A stretch of 64,000 nt of DNA from Spirochaetota bacterium (GCA_043803405.1 JAZDKB010000020.1:32001-96000), one strand, 5' to 3'. Shown: positions 1 through 10,294, counted from the stretch's first letter. The notes: a model not told the origin generated them from the letters alone. A program made the numbers and translations.

Positions 1-2
1 AA

Positions 3-803
3 GTCGCAGATATTAACGCAAACCGCTTTCATTACAGAAGCCATGCATCGATAAAATTTTCCAAAAGCGCTTTCGGATTTTTTGAGAAAGAGTCTAACGA
101 GATAGCCGGGTTCCCGGAAGCAGGATGCCTGCTTCTCGCAGAAGAACTTCTGCAAAAACTCGATACGCTACCGAAATCCGGTACTGAGATTAAGATCGCA
201 TGGTCCGGCAAATCGGGCTGCGTATCATCATTTAATAAGAACAGAAAGATAATCGAAAACGAATGCGGGATAAACTATGAACGCGATGTCGCGCTTTTCT
301 TCCAGGCGAACAGATTCCTGCGTAAACGAATGCTGGAAACTACAGCTGAGTATGCCGCGCTCGATACTAATAGAAGCTTTATCGATATAGGATGCGGCGT
401 GGGCTTCTTCACGCTGCATCTTGCAAAGAGCGCGCAAAAAGCATTCGGGATCGATATTAGCAAAGAGAGTATATCGTGGGCAAAGCGCAACGTAAAGCTG
501 AACGGGATCACGAACGCGCAATTCAGGACTATGACTGCTTCGCAAATCAGTTCGGTTAAAGAATGCTTTGAAGCAGTAATCGCGGATCCTCCGCGTGCGG
601 GACTTTCGGCAAAGGCACGCGAAGCAGTAAAAGCGAAGTCCCCCGGGCGTATTGTATATGTCTCGTGTGATCCGGCTACCTTTGCCCGCGATGCGTGCGA
701 TTTTACCGGCAGCGGATACAGGCTGGAACGCTTAACCATGATTGACATGTTTCCGGGTACTCATCATATTGAAACAATATCGCTTTTCAGACGATCTGTT
801 TGA
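3..803 (+). CDS. 23S rRNA m5U methyltransferase, RlmD/RumA-like (5' end outside window)
   Basis: Frame is open from position 3 (..FHYRSH..GFFEK..GCLLL..FFQAN). Contains the SAM motif DIGCGVG, DPPRAGL, YVSCDPATFARD and DMFPGTHHIE, typical of the RlmD/TrmA family. Confidence 0.9.
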   Translation, partial: VADINANRFHYRSHASIKFSKSAFGFFEKESNEIAGFPEAGCLLLAEELLQKLDTLPKSGTEIKIAWSGKSGCVSSFNKNRKIIENECGINYERDVALFFQANRFLRKRMLETTAEYAALDTNRSFIDIGCGVGFFTLHLAKSAQKAFGIDISKESISWAKRNVKLNGITNAQFRTMTASQISSVKECFEAVIADPPRAGLSAKAREAVKAKSPGRIVYVSCDPATFARDACDFTGSGYRLERLTMIDMFPGTHHIETISLFRRSV

Positions 804-858
804 TTCATTTGCTAAGTTAAAGTACTTCCCATAACCTATATATTGCTCTATTGTTTAT

Positions 859-960
859 CGAGACAATAATAATCGATTTTCAGGCAACAGGATGTTGCCA
901 TACGCCGCTTCTTACAGGAAGTAAGCATTAGCGGCGAGAAAATCGATTATTATTGTCTCG
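859..960. repeat. Structured inverted-repeat element with two GGA-loop hairpins (MITE/REP-like or ncRNA)
   Basis: Perfect 23-bp inverted repeat 859-881/938-960 encloses GGCAACA-GGA-TGTTGCC (883-899) and CTTAC-AGGAA-GTAAG (911-925). The second hairpin is nested in CGCCGCT/AGCGGCG (903-909/930-936). Confidence 0.8.
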
Positions 961-1160
961 GATATCGATGGACCAATAGGTTTTAGGACATACATTAAAT
1001 AATTTATTCCATAACAATACAATTTTGCTTGAAAACATTAATTATTTTATAAATAATGATTGTCAGCAATAAGACGAATGTTATAATTCGCGTCTGCGAT
1101 TTTTCTGGTTTTTTAAACTGCGCACATAATAACAATTATTAGATTTTCTATAGAGGCATT

Positions 1161-3503
1161 ATGCTGGATAAAGCAAGAGACATAAAATGGACTGATATAA
1201 AAATATCTTCAAAGATAAAGCCTGATCTTTCAAAAAATTCCGGAATAGTTCTTGAACGCCGGTATCTTGCAAAGGACGACAAAGGGCAGGTCATCGAAAC
1301 AGCGGAAGATCTTTTTAAAAGAGTGGCAGGATTCATAGCATCCGCGGATTTATTGTACGGGAGAACGCCGGCAGAAGTTTCCGGTATAGCATCAGAATTT
1401 TACGAGCTTATGGCAAACCTGAGTTTTATGCCTAACAGCCCTACCCTAATGAATGCGGGACGCGAGCTTGGCCAGCTTTCCGCATGTTTTGTTCTACCTG
1501 TAGAAGACTCCATGTCAGCGATCTTCGATTCGCTGAAGCAGATGGCGCTCATCCACAAGAGCGGCGGAGGCACAGGTTTTTCATTTTCCAGGCTGCGCCC
1601 TAAAAACGATTTTGTACATTCTACAGCAGGAATATCGAGCGGGCCCATTTCGTTCATGAACATATTCAACGCAGCTACCGAAACAGTCAAGCAGGGGGGC
1701 ACAAGGCGCGGAGCTAATATGGCGATTCTGAACATCGATCATCCGGATATCATTGATTTTATTAAAGCAAAAGAAGATAATCACATACTCACTAATTTTA
1801 ATATCTCTGTTGCCATTACGGATGAATTCATGAAAGCCGTTGATGAAGATGCTGTCTTTGCATTAAAGAATCCAAGAACAGGGGAAAAGGTCAGTGAAAT
1901 AAACGCGCGCGAAGTATTCAATCTGATCGTAGAGAAAGCATGGTCAAACGGCGAGCCGGGCATAATATTTATAGACAGAATAAACGATACAAGCCCTCTT
2001 AAAAAAATAGGCAGAATAGAAAGCACAAATCCTTGCGGAGAGCAGCCGCTTCTCCCGTACGAATCATGCAATCTCGGCTCCATCAATTTAAATAAGGTTA
2101 TCGCGAAATCGAACGGCTCGCGTACAATTGACTGGGATGAACTTCGCAGAATAACAAAGCTTTCAGTGCATTTTCTCGATAACGTAATAGATCTCAATAA
2201 TTATCCTCTGGACAAAATCAGCGACATGACAAAAGCCAACAGAAAGATAGGTCTGGGAGTAATGGGCTTTGCCGATGTACTGATACGACTGGGAATTCCT
2301 TACGACTCCGATGAAGCAATTGACATAGCGGAAAAAATAATGCAGACTATTCAGGATGAATCCAAAGCAGCTTCGGCAGACCTTGCCAAGGAGAGAGGCG
2401 CTTTCCCGAACTTCGCGAAAAGCTCTTACGCCGAAGAAGGCAGCGTACCGCTCCGTAACGCGACTACAACTACAATCGCACCAACAGGCACCATAAGCAT
2501 TATTGCCAACTCTTCAAGCGGAGTAGAGCCTGTGTTCGCGCTAGCATACGAAAGAAACGTAATGGACAATGACATACTGGTTGAGGTTAACCCGCTGTTC
2601 GAAGAAATCGCGAAAGAAAATAAATTCTACTCTGATGAGATTATGCACAGAGTTGCCGAACATGGCTCTGCTAAAGATATTGAAGAAATACCGGAACAAT
2701 TCAGAAGAATATTCGTGACAGCCCACGATATTTCTCCAGAATGGCATATAAAAATTCAGGCTGCATTTCAGAAATTTACGGATAACGCAGTTTCCAAGAC
2801 AGTCAACTTTGCAAACACTGCAACAAAGGATGATATCGAAAAAGTTTACAGGCTTGCCTACAAGCTTGACTGCAAAGGAGTAACTGTGTACAGGGACGGA
2901 TCAAGGGAAATGCAGGTGCTCTCCAGAAAGTCCGGCAAAGAAAAAGCAAATGCAAATATCGCACCAACTGAAGAAAGACAAGACCAGATGGCTCCGCGTC
3001 CGCGCAATGAAGTGATACACGGCTCGACCAGAAAAATGACAACCGGCTGCGGATCGCTGTATGTTACAATAAACGAAGACGAGAGCGGCCTATTCGAAGT
3101 GTTCGCGACAATGGGCAAAGGTGGCGGCTGCGCGGCAAGTCAGACAGAAGCAGTAAGCCGGATGATATCGCTGGCGCTAAGAAGCGGCATAGATAAAGCG
3201 CAGATCGTTAAACAGCTTAAGGGTGTACGATGCCCTAACCAGGCATGGGAGAAAGGCGGGCGGGTTTACTCATGCGCGGACGCAATCGCAAAAGCCATAG
3301 AAAGGCACTCGGGCATTGATCCGCGCGCAGTTAAGTACAGCGTTGAAAGCGACGCGGTTGAACTGGCGAAAAACACTGCAGAGACCAACGGCAAGGGCAG
3401 CGACGTTGTTATGGTCGGAGTATGCCCGGACTGCCATGGCCCGCTGGAATTCGAGAGCGGATGCAGCGTTTGCAGGTCGTGCGGGTTCTCAAGGTGTGGG
3501 TGA
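1161..3503 (+). CDS. nrdJ: Class II (adenosylcobalamin-dependent) ribonucleotide reductase
   Basis: Motifs PNSPTLMNAG, LSACFV, GGTGFSFS, QGGTRRGANM, TNPCGEQPL, TTIAPTGT and KGVTVYRDGSR. C-terminal TSCPD-like domain (YSCADAIA) and Zn-finger CPDC..GCSVCRSCGFSRC. Confidence 0.95.
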   Translation: MLDKARDIKWTDIKISSKIKPDLSKNSGIVLERRYLAKDDKGQVIETAEDLFKRVAGFIASADLLYGRTPAEVSGIASEFYELMANLSFMPNSPTLMNAGRELGQLSACFVLPVEDSMSAIFDSLKQMALIHKSGGGTGFSFSRLRPKNDFVHSTAGISSGPISFMNIFNAATETVKQGGTRRGANMAILNIDHPDIIDFIKAKEDNHILTNFNISVAITDEFMKAVDEDAVFALKNPRTGEKVSEINAREVFNLIVEKAWSNGEPGIIFIDRINDTSPLKKIGRIESTNPCGEQPLLPYESCNLGSINLNKVIAKSNGSRTIDWDELRRITKLSVHFLDNVIDLNNYPLDKISDMTKANRKIGLGVMGFADVLIRLGIPYDSDEAIDIAEKIMQTIQDESKAASADLAKERGAFPNFAKSSYAEEGSVPLRNATTTTIAPTGTISIIANSSSGVEPVFALAYERNVMDNDILVEVNPLFEEIAKENKFYSDEIMHRVAEHGSAKDIEEIPEQFRRIFVTAHDISPEWHIKIQAAFQKFTDNAVSKTVNFANTATKDDIEKVYRLAYKLDCKGVTVYRDGSREMQVLSRKSGKEKANANIAPTEERQDQMAPRPRNEVIHGSTRKMTTGCGSLYVTINEDESGLFEVFATMGKGGGCAASQTEAVSRMISLALRSGIDKAQIVKQLKGVRCPNQAWEKGGRVYSCADAIAKAIERHSGIDPRAVKYSVESDAVELAKNTAETNGKGSDVVMVGVCPDCHGPLEFESGCSVCRSCGFSRCG

Positions 3504-3618
3504 TGAAGTAACCGCGCGCCGTCAACTCTTGTTTTTTCCATAATACAAAATGGTATCCCGATCATAATAAAAGACCCTGCTTATTTTTTGTAAGCGTCAA
3601 ATAAAGCGCAGTATCTTT

Positions 3619-5232
3619 CTATGGCAAAAATATATTTTCAGGAGACAAGTGACTAGGCACAAGCTTGCGAATATCCTCGCGGGATTTTGCTTTCGGTAAA
3701 TTGTTAAACAGAAATCTGAGATAATTATACGGCTCAAGACCATTAGCCTTCGCGGATTCAATCAGACTGTAAATAACAGCACTTGCATTCGCACCACGAG
3801 GAGTATTGGAAAACAGCCAGTTTTTTCTTCCTATGACAAAAGGTCTTATGACGTTCTCAACCATATTGTTATCCGGAGTCATCAAATGATGAAGAAGATA
3901 TTTTGTAAGCTTGTCCCATTCGGATATGGCGTACTTTATTGCTTTTCCTGTCTTGCTTTCAGGCAGAACTATTTCGTTTTGAGACAATAGCCAGTTTTTG
4001 AATTCTTCAAGTATGGGCAATACCGCGTCTTTACGTTTCCGGATAAATTCATCATTCTCCAATTTTCTTTCTCTGAGATCGCTTTCTATGCTGTATATCT
4101 TCTGAATATATGAAAGCCCTTTATGCGCGGCTTTCGACTTTTTATTCTGCTTCATCGCTTCATAAAAATATCTTCTGGCATGAGCAAAACATCCGGCATG
4201 AACAATACCTTCAATCGCTCCAGCGTTGTTATATCCCGCATAACCGTCTGTCTGAAGATATCCTTTATAACCTTTCAGAAATTCTTTCGGCACTATCTCT
4301 GACCTGGTCGGATGATAATTGTAGAGTATCAATGGCTTGCTTTTTTCTCCGGTTGGATATCCGACTGATACCCACATATAGGATTTACTTTCAGCCTTTC
4401 TTTCAGGCTCCTTTAAAACCTGAACTGTTGTTTCATCCATCTGGATAAGAGGCCCGGAGCGTATCTCTTCTGCCATTATACTTATCAGTTCTTTACATCT
4501 ATCTGCCGTAAGTATCGCCCAGTTGCACATTGTAGCACGGGAAATATCCGCATTAATGCGCTCGAACATCTTCGATTGCCTGTAAAACGGCAGGCTGTCT
4601 ACATATTTCGATGTAAGAACATAAGCAAGTAGCCCGGGGCTCGCTATGCTTCCTGGTATCATTCTTTCAGGCATTAAAGCTATCTTTACTTCAGGTATTC
4701 CTTTATGTAAAAACTCATCGCATTCGCATGGGCCGTATTTTATTCTTATGTGTTTTATTACTTTAATTTTTGCGGGTATTATATCAAGTTCTTCCGTCTC
4801 TTCCTTGCTTATTACCGGCCTTTCCTTTTGGCAGCATGGACATTGTTTTTCTTCTTCAGACAGATCATAAACTACTTCTTCTCTTGGCAGATCCGGGGAT
4901 AAAGGTTTCCTTCCCGGTCTCTTCCGCGTATAGCTTTTTACTGTTGAAAGATTTTCTTCGTGGATCACTTCATAATTTTGATCTGTCTCTTCGGCTCCGG
5001 CTTCCGCTTCATTAAAAAGCCTCATTTGTTCTCTGTCGTCAGGAGTTAGTTTTTCGCTTCTTTTCCCGAAGTATAGTCTTCTTAAGGTGTTGAACTGTTC
5101 GTATATTGTGAGATATTTCCTGCGTTCTTCTTTTAACTCTTCTTCGTATTCTTTATTTTTTAAAGCCAGGTCAAATATTATCTGCTTTAATTTCTTCGGG
5201 TCATTCGGAAGTTTATTTTTATCCATATTCAT
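3619..5232 (-). CDS. tnpC: IS66 DDE transposase TnpC
   Basis: FGKRSEK, Zn-finger CPCC..CEC, LPFYRQ, QMDET, LQTDGYAGY, CFAHARRYF, DNNMVENVIRP..GRKNWLF, SLIESAKANGLEPY. Confidence 0.95.
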   Translation of the reverse strand: MNMDKNKLPNDPKKLKQIIFDLALKNKEYEEELKEERRKYLTIYEQFNTLRRLYFGKRSEKLTPDDREQMRLFNEAEAGAEETDQNYEVIHEENLSTVKSYTRKRPGRKPLSPDLPREEVVYDLSEEEKQCPCCQKERPVISKEETEELDIIPAKIKVIKHIRIKYGPCECDEFLHKGIPEVKIALMPERMIPGSIASPGLLAYVLTSKYVDSLPFYRQSKMFERINADISRATMCNWAILTADRCKELISIMAEEIRSGPLIQMDETTVQVLKEPERKAESKSYMWVSVGYPTGEKSKPLILYNYHPTRSEIVPKEFLKGYKGYLQTDGYAGYNNAGAIEGIVHAGCFAHARRYFYEAMKQNKKSKAAHKGLSYIQKIYSIESDLRERKLENDEFIRKRKDAVLPILEEFKNWLLSQNEIVLPESKTGKAIKYAISEWDKLTKYLLHHLMTPDNNMVENVIRPFVIGRKNWLFSNTPRGANASAVIYSLIESAKANGLEPYNYLRFLFNNLPKAKSREDIRKLVPSHLSPENIFLP

Positions 5233-5275
5233 GTATGGACAATTAATATATACCTATAAAAATTAATAGTATTTT

Positions 5276-5623
5276 TTATGAAACTCGTGAAAATTTTAAT
5301 TTTTTATGCGCGTTGAAAAAATCTATCCCGTCAAGGAGCATGAAGAGTTCTTCTTTCTTTATTTCAAGCACTTCATCTCTTGTCTTTGGCCATGGAAAGC
5401 GATCCTGCTCAAGGCGTTTCTGCCACATGCAAAACCCGTTTCTATCCCAGTAGATTACCTTAAGCCTTCTTCTGCTTTTGTTGCAGAACATGTACAGGTT
5501 GCCGCTCATCGGATTATCTTTCAGTTCTTCTTCAACGAATATTGAAAGGCCGTTTATCTGTTTACGCATATCGGTGCTTCCCGGTTGTATTAATATTCTC
5601 GCCTGGTTCCAGTTTATGTTCAT
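5276..5623 (-). CDS. tnpB: IS66 accessory protein TnpB (Orf2)
   Basis: TDMRKQINGL, FCNKSRRRLKVIYWDRNGFCMWQKRLEQDRFPWP. Confidence 0.95.
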   Translation of the reverse strand: MNINWNQARILIQPGSTDMRKQINGLSIFVEEELKDNPMSGNLYMFCNKSRRRLKVIYWDRNGFCMWQKRLEQDRFPWPKTRDEVLEIKKEELFMLLDGIDFFNAHKKLKFSRVS

Positions 5624-5950
5624 ATACTGACTCCCAGCATGTTCAGAATACTCTTGAGTGTGTCTTCTGAAAATCTTTCCGGTATGGATATTCTTAATCT
5701 GTCATTCAGTATGAGTTCTATTTCTTTATCTCTTGAGGTAAGGCTCTGCACTATATTTGCTGGGATTTGCTGGGATTTCCTGTAGCTTACTACTTTTGGG
5801 TTTTATCTGCTTTTTCCAGTGGTTAAACGACCAGTACGATATTTCTTGCTGTCTGCAATATTTTTTCTGGCTGACTCTGCTCTTTCGATGCTTTTCTATA
5901 TGGGACTTCCAGTATTTTACATTCTCTTCTGTTGTTCTTGTTTTTTTCAT
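5620..5950 (-). pseudogene. tnpA: IS66 TnpA, frameshifted by a 10-bp tandem duplication
   Basis: N-terminal W..H......S..SQKKYC....ISYWSF..WKK. ATTTGCTGGG is repeated at 5755-5764/5765-5774. Removing one copy gives a 106-aa ORF ending ..IELILNDRLRISIPERFSEDTLKSILNMLGVSI whose stop overlaps the tnpB ATG. Confidence 0.85.
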
Positions 5951-6160
5951 CGTATTCTCCTATATTATTGATTTTTCATGGAGAATACGATGGTTCATTA
6001 TTTAACGCAAGATGGGAGGAATTTTACGCTTACTATTTTTTACGATTTTTCTTATGTATAAGCTCTGCGGCAGAGGATTTCAGAAAATTCACAAAGGACT
6101 TTTGGGAAATCAAACAGCGATCAGGTATTTAATTGACTATGTTCAAAAAATGATTTTAAA

Positions 6161-6268
6161 ATAAAATTCCCCGGGGAAGCCCCTGGTACTAAGGTACCAG
6201 CCGCCACCTGCAATGTCAGCCGGCGCGAAAGCAAAGGTATTATGCTTTCAAGACGTTGAAATAAATAA
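6161..6268 (+). repeat. Palindromic repeat element, copy 1 (REP/IS200-IS605-end-like)
   Basis: Shares ATAAAATTCCCC..GG(C/G)AAGCCCC and GGTATTATG(C)TTTCAAGRCGTTGAAATAAATAA with the reverse complement of 41019-41113. Internal hairpin CTGGTAC-TAAG-GTACCAG. Confidence 0.75.
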
Positions 6269-6324
6269 TGCACACTAAATAGGATTCCAACGTAAAAAAA
6301 CAGAAAAAAATTTTAATATTCGAA

Positions 6325-7323
6325 TCATAATATTTCTTCTATCTTTTTCATTACATCATCTACAGAAATATCCTTCATGCATGAATATTTATTTTCAGTG
6401 TTCCTGCAATCAATATCAACCTTATTAACAATACACGGCGAACATTCTTTATTTTTATAAATCACTTTTACTTTTAATGTCTTATCAAACGGTAAAAAAT
6501 TTGTTGGATTTAATGGCCCAAAAATACCAATTACTGATTTTTTAAGACTATAAGCAAAATGGAAAATTCCACCATCGACAGTAATGATACTTTTTGCATT
6601 CTTTATTATTACAAGGAGTTCTTCTAGAGATGTATTGTTTACCAGATCAATAATATCATTTCTATGCTCATGAACCGGATTTAATCCAACAATTACAATA
6701 TTTTCCTTTTTTAATTTTAGTTTCGCAATTAATTCATCAAAATAAGGCCATTGTCTTAAATCCCTGTTTAGATATTGAACATAGATATTAACGAGTATAT
6801 ATTTTTTATTTATGAGATTATATTTGGACAAAACCTCTTTCTGTTGTTCAATTTCCATTGTGTAATCGTAAACTGGTTTTATCCCAATCTTATTTAAAAT
6901 ATTTACAACCTCTTTTGTCTTATGTGTATTTTCAGTATTTACAAGCGAGCTCTTATATGGCAGCAACTTTAACAAAAGAGATCTGAATGGATTTGGATGA
7001 ACCACAATAAACATATCAAAAGAATTATCTTTAAAAAACGACCATAATTTAACAAAATCTTTAATAAAAAATTTAAAAATTTCTAGATGAGTAAATTTTT
7101 TAATCCCATATTCGTAGATATTATCTATATGTTTATTGTTTGAAAGTATAAGTGTTGAATTTTTATTCGGGGAAAGAGCAGTAATTTTAATTTCAGGATT
7201 GGCTTTTTTTAAACTAGCAAAAAGCGGGAAACACATGATCTGATCGCCAAGCCCGAAAGGGAACTCGACGACGATAGATTTAAAATTCTTCGATATAATT
7301 TCAGTTGATGATTTTTTTTTCAT
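6325..7323 (-). CDS. Glycosyltransferase family 9 (heptosyltransferase-like)
   Basis: GLGDQIM, RQWP, ITVDGGIFHFA, IGIFGP and C-terminal CSPC..C..CM. Confidence 0.85.
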   Translation of the reverse strand: MKKKSSTEIISKNFKSIVVEFPFGLGDQIMCFPLFASLKKANPEIKITALSPNKNSTLILSNNKHIDNIYEYGIKKFTHLEIFKFFIKDFVKLWSFFKDNSFDMFIVVHPNPFRSLLLKLLPYKSSLVNTENTHKTKEVVNILNKIGIKPVYDYTMEIEQQKEVLSKYNLINKKYILVNIYVQYLNRDLRQWPYFDELIAKLKLKKENIVIVGLNPVHEHRNDIIDLVNNTSLEELLVIIKNAKSIITVDGGIFHFAYSLKKSVIGIFGPLNPTNFLPFDKTLKVKVIYKNKECSPCIVNKVDIDCRNTENKYSCMKDISVDDVMKKIEEIL

Positions 7324-7402
7324 TGTGATATTAGGTATCTATTAAGTCGTTATTTCAAACAAATAGAAAGATGTAATGAATTTAAAACATCCAAATTTAT
7401 TA

Positions 7403-8503
7403 TTATAATTTAAATTGTTGTTTCCATTCTAATGGATCTATTACTTTCCCCATGTTACTTACCAATCCGTCAAAAACCGCCCTATTTAATAAATATATAC
7501 GTTTTATTTTATAATCATCATTGAAAACAAAAATCATCAATAATTTAATTATATATTTTATCGGAAGACTATATAAACAATACAATATAAACATAAATCC
7601 AAAATTTTTTTTAACAAAATATATTTCATTTCGAAATGAATAATATCCCCACATCAAATAATCTTTTATATTTGTTCTAAAAAATTTTCTTCCTAGTAAA
7701 TATTTTTCTATTCTTTCACGTTCCGTGCTCTTGCCATCCTTATGGATAACAATACTTTTTGTATTAGTAATAACTCCATATCCGGCTTTAGAAGCTTTTA
7801 TACACCAGTCAGCTTCCTCAACTTGCATAAAATACAGCTCATCCATCAAACCTATTTTTTTTATAACTTCATTTTTAATTAGAAATGATGCACCCATAAC
7901 CGATTTCATTCTTATATAATCCGGAACCTTTGAATTATTACTAATCCCGTCAAAACTACCATGACCAACGCCATTCCAGCCAATATGATCATTGCCGAGC
8001 GATTGTATTATATTATGATTAAATCCAAATAATAGTTTAGATCCGACTACACCTATATTGTTGTCTGTCTCAGCCAACTGAATCATTTCAGATAGTGAAT
8101 TTTTTTCTATTTCAGTATCATTATTTAAAAGCCAAAAATAATCTGAATCACCTTTACTCAAACCATATTTTAATCCTATATTATTTCCAGATGCAAATCC
8201 ATTATTAAAAGCTGATCGAATTATGATAATCGGTGAAAATTTTTCTTTAGAGGTTTTATTGTCTTTGGTTTTAATAAATGTTAATTCGTCTGTCTCTTGT
8301 TGATTATAAATCAAAAACTTCATTTTATTTTTAAAAGATTTTTTGATCCAGTTTGAAATGTTATCAACGGAACCATCAGTCGAATTATTATCAACTATGA
8401 TAATCTGGTAATTATTATAAATATTTTTAATAATAGAATCTACACAAGCGACTGTATCTTTCCAGCCGTTATAATTTATTAGCAAAATATAAACTTTTTT
8501 CAT
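7403..8503 (-). CDS. Glycosyltransferase family 2
   Basis: LINYNG, VDNNSTDGS, NGFASGNN, WLLNNDT, GASFLI, GLMDELYFMQVEEADWC. Confidence 0.9.
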   Translation of the reverse strand: MKKVYILLINYNGWKDTVACVDSIIKNIYNNYQIIIVDNNSTDGSVDNISNWIKKSFKNKMKFLIYNQQETDELTFIKTKDNKTSKEKFSPIIIIRSAFNNGFASGNNIGLKYGLSKGDSDYFWLLNNDTEIEKNSLSEMIQLAETDNNIGVVGSKLLFGFNHNIIQSLGNDHIGWNGVGHGSFDGISNNSKVPDYIRMKSVMGASFLIKNEVIKKIGLMDELYFMQVEEADWCIKASKAGYGVITNTKSIVIHKDGKSTERERIEKYLLGRKFFRTNIKDYLMWGYYSFRNEIYFVKKNFGFMFILYCLYSLPIKYIIKLLMIFVFNDDYKIKRIYLLNRAVFDGLVSNMGKVIDPLEWKQQFKL

Positions 8504-8507
8504 AATT

Positions 8508-9446
8508 TTAATTCTTTATTAGCGATCCAATAATAAAAAAAATTTTATACAGAAGACTTCTCCCGGCAAGCATATAATTTCTATATTTAAATGCAATTAT
8601 AAATGCTTTAAAATGTAGTTTTGAATTCAAAATGTTTTTATAAAATATTAGCCGATTATTTATAATGACTTTTTCATCTTTTGAAAAAGAATCAGATGCC
8701 ATCATTGCCTCAAGATTTATAACTTCATTACGGAACTTTCCCTTATCCTTTTTTAAATTAAACTCATTAATTTTTTGAATAGTATTTATTTTTTTATTTG
8801 CTCCCGTATCGTTGTTTTGATGCTGACGATATTTGATAAGCGGTGCTTTCATATATTTTATTCCGTTTGTTTTAGAGGCAATTAAAGCCAGCCACCAGTC
8901 ATGGTGATGAATTCCGTTAGGAATCGGCAGAGCTCTTTTAATTAAATCTTTTGTTACTAATGCAGTACATCCTGTAACAAAATTTCTAAACACTAAGATT
9001 GCGAATTCTTTTCCATCTGCGATATAATTTCGGGAATACCTCTGGAATGATTCTGCAATTCTATTCCCGTTGTCATCAATCAATTCTGCATCCGAGCATA
9101 TTAAAGAATAATCTTCAATTTCACTAACAAGCCGTTCTATTTTATCAGGCATCCATATGTCGTCTTGATCAGCTAGAGCAATATACTCGCCCTTACATTT
9201 TAAAATTGCTGCTTCAAAATTTTTTACAAACCCGATATTTTTATTATTTATATGATATTTAAGCCCAAACTTTTTGCTATATTCATTCAGAATTTCAACC
9301 GTTTCGTCAGAAGAACAGTCATCGGATACAATTATTTCGATGTTCTTATATGTCTGGTCGTAAATTGAGTCCAATTGTTCACGTAAAAATTTTTCACCGT
9401 TAAATGTTGCAAGAGCTATGGAGACTAGTTTTTGTTTTGGTGCCAT
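8508..9446 (-). CDS. Glycosyltransferase family 2 (rhamnosyltransferase-like)
   Basis: ATFNGEKFLREQLDSI, SDDCSSDET, ADQDDIW, VTGCT, HDWWL, YRQH..N..G. Confidence 0.9.
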   Translation of the reverse strand: MAPKQKLVSIALATFNGEKFLREQLDSIYDQTYKNIEIIVSDDCSSDETVEILNEYSKKFGLKYHINNKNIGFVKNFEAAILKCKGEYIALADQDDIWMPDKIERLVSEIEDYSLICSDAELIDDNGNRIAESFQRYSRNYIADGKEFAILVFRNFVTGCTALVTKDLIKRALPIPNGIHHHDWWLALIASKTNGIKYMKAPLIKYRQHQNNDTGANKKINTIQKINEFNLKKDKGKFRNEVINLEAMMASDSFSKDEKVIINNRLIFYKNILNSKLHFKAFIIAFKYRNYMLAGRSLLYKIFFIIGSLIKN

Positions 9447-9544
9447 TTTTTTTATTTATTGGTTAGAAATCAAAGAAACATTCATAGCATTAGAAAATAA
9501 TTTATTATTTCATGTCTTGATAAAAATAGAAGAAGTTTAGTAAT

Positions 9545-10294
9545 TCATTGACCCGAATAATAATTTGTTTCCATTCTTTTTAACTTCAAATTATCAATAA
9601 AAACTCCATCCTTTTCAGTTCTCTTTATCATAAAAAAAATAGACCATGATAGAGTTGAAAAAATTCTACTCAACAACTTACTCAAAAAAAGAGGAAATGG
9701 CCAGAAGTTCGACCCTTTAAAATCAAAAATCTTAAAAAAGTTGCCGCACTCAACAAATTTTATAAAGCCGTTCTTTGTAAAACCCCTCATGTGAGGACCT
9801 AACAGTTTTATACATAATGGTTGCATACCAAATAATAAAAGAATTCTTTCGTGTAAAGCTGCTAGATTTGGGACACCCACAATTAGCGTACCATTCGATT
9901 TTAATATTCTTGAAATTTCCGAAAAAATCCAATAAATTTCTTTAGTATGCTCAAGCACTTGATTGATTATAATTAAATCAAAATATTTATCCTGGAATGG
10001 GAAACTAGAATTTTCCATATTAATTGGAAACACTTTTATCCCCTTCTCTAAACATATATTAATATATGGAGGATAATTTTCGAGACCAAATAAATTTACA
10101 TTATCAGCAGCGAGATGTTCTTTTATTTCGATTAAATCGTATCCTCCTCCGCAGCCAACATCCAAAATATTAATAGCAGTTAGACCGGACGATACTTCAT
10201 TTAAACTGGTTACGCTCCACTTTCTAATTATTGATCTACCATAGTTTAAAATAAATGTTTTTTTATCTATATATTCAAGATACCTTTGAATCAT
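9545..10294 (-). CDS. Class I SAM-dependent methyltransferase
   Basis: ILDVGCGGG, FDLIIINQVLEH, RILK..G.LIVGVPN. Confidence 0.85.
   Translation of the reverse strand: MIQRYLEYIDKKTFILNYGRSIIRKWSVTSLNEVSSGLTAINILDVGCGGGYDLIEIKEHLAADNVNLFGLENYPPYINICLEKGIKVFPINMENSSFPFQDKYFDLIIINQVLEHTKEIYWIFSEISRILKSNGTLIVGVPNLAALHERILLLFGMQPLCIKLLGPHMRGFTKNGFIKFVECGNFFKIFDFKGSNFWPFPLFLSKLLSRIFSTLSWSIFFMIKRTEKDGVFIDNLKLKRMETNYYSGQ

Larger units (their letters stand above)
3590..6033 (-). mobile_element. IS66-family insertion sequence, 2444 bp
   Basis: Terminal inverted repeats GTAAGCGTCAAAT (3590) and GTAAGCGTAAAAT (reverse complement ending 6033). Identical 8-bp flanks TATTTTTT (3582-3589, 6034-6041). Gene order tnpA-tnpB-tnpC. 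Confidence 0.95.

Noticed and set aside
833..848. Possible NrdR box (AACCTATATATTGCTC)
   Set aside because: The core fits, but it is a single copy ~310 bp from nrdJ. NrdR boxes usually occur in tandem near the promoter, so support is insufficient.
804..1160. Cobalamin riboswitch before nrdJ
   Set aside because: No recognisable B12-box (GGGAA...GCCACTG) elements.
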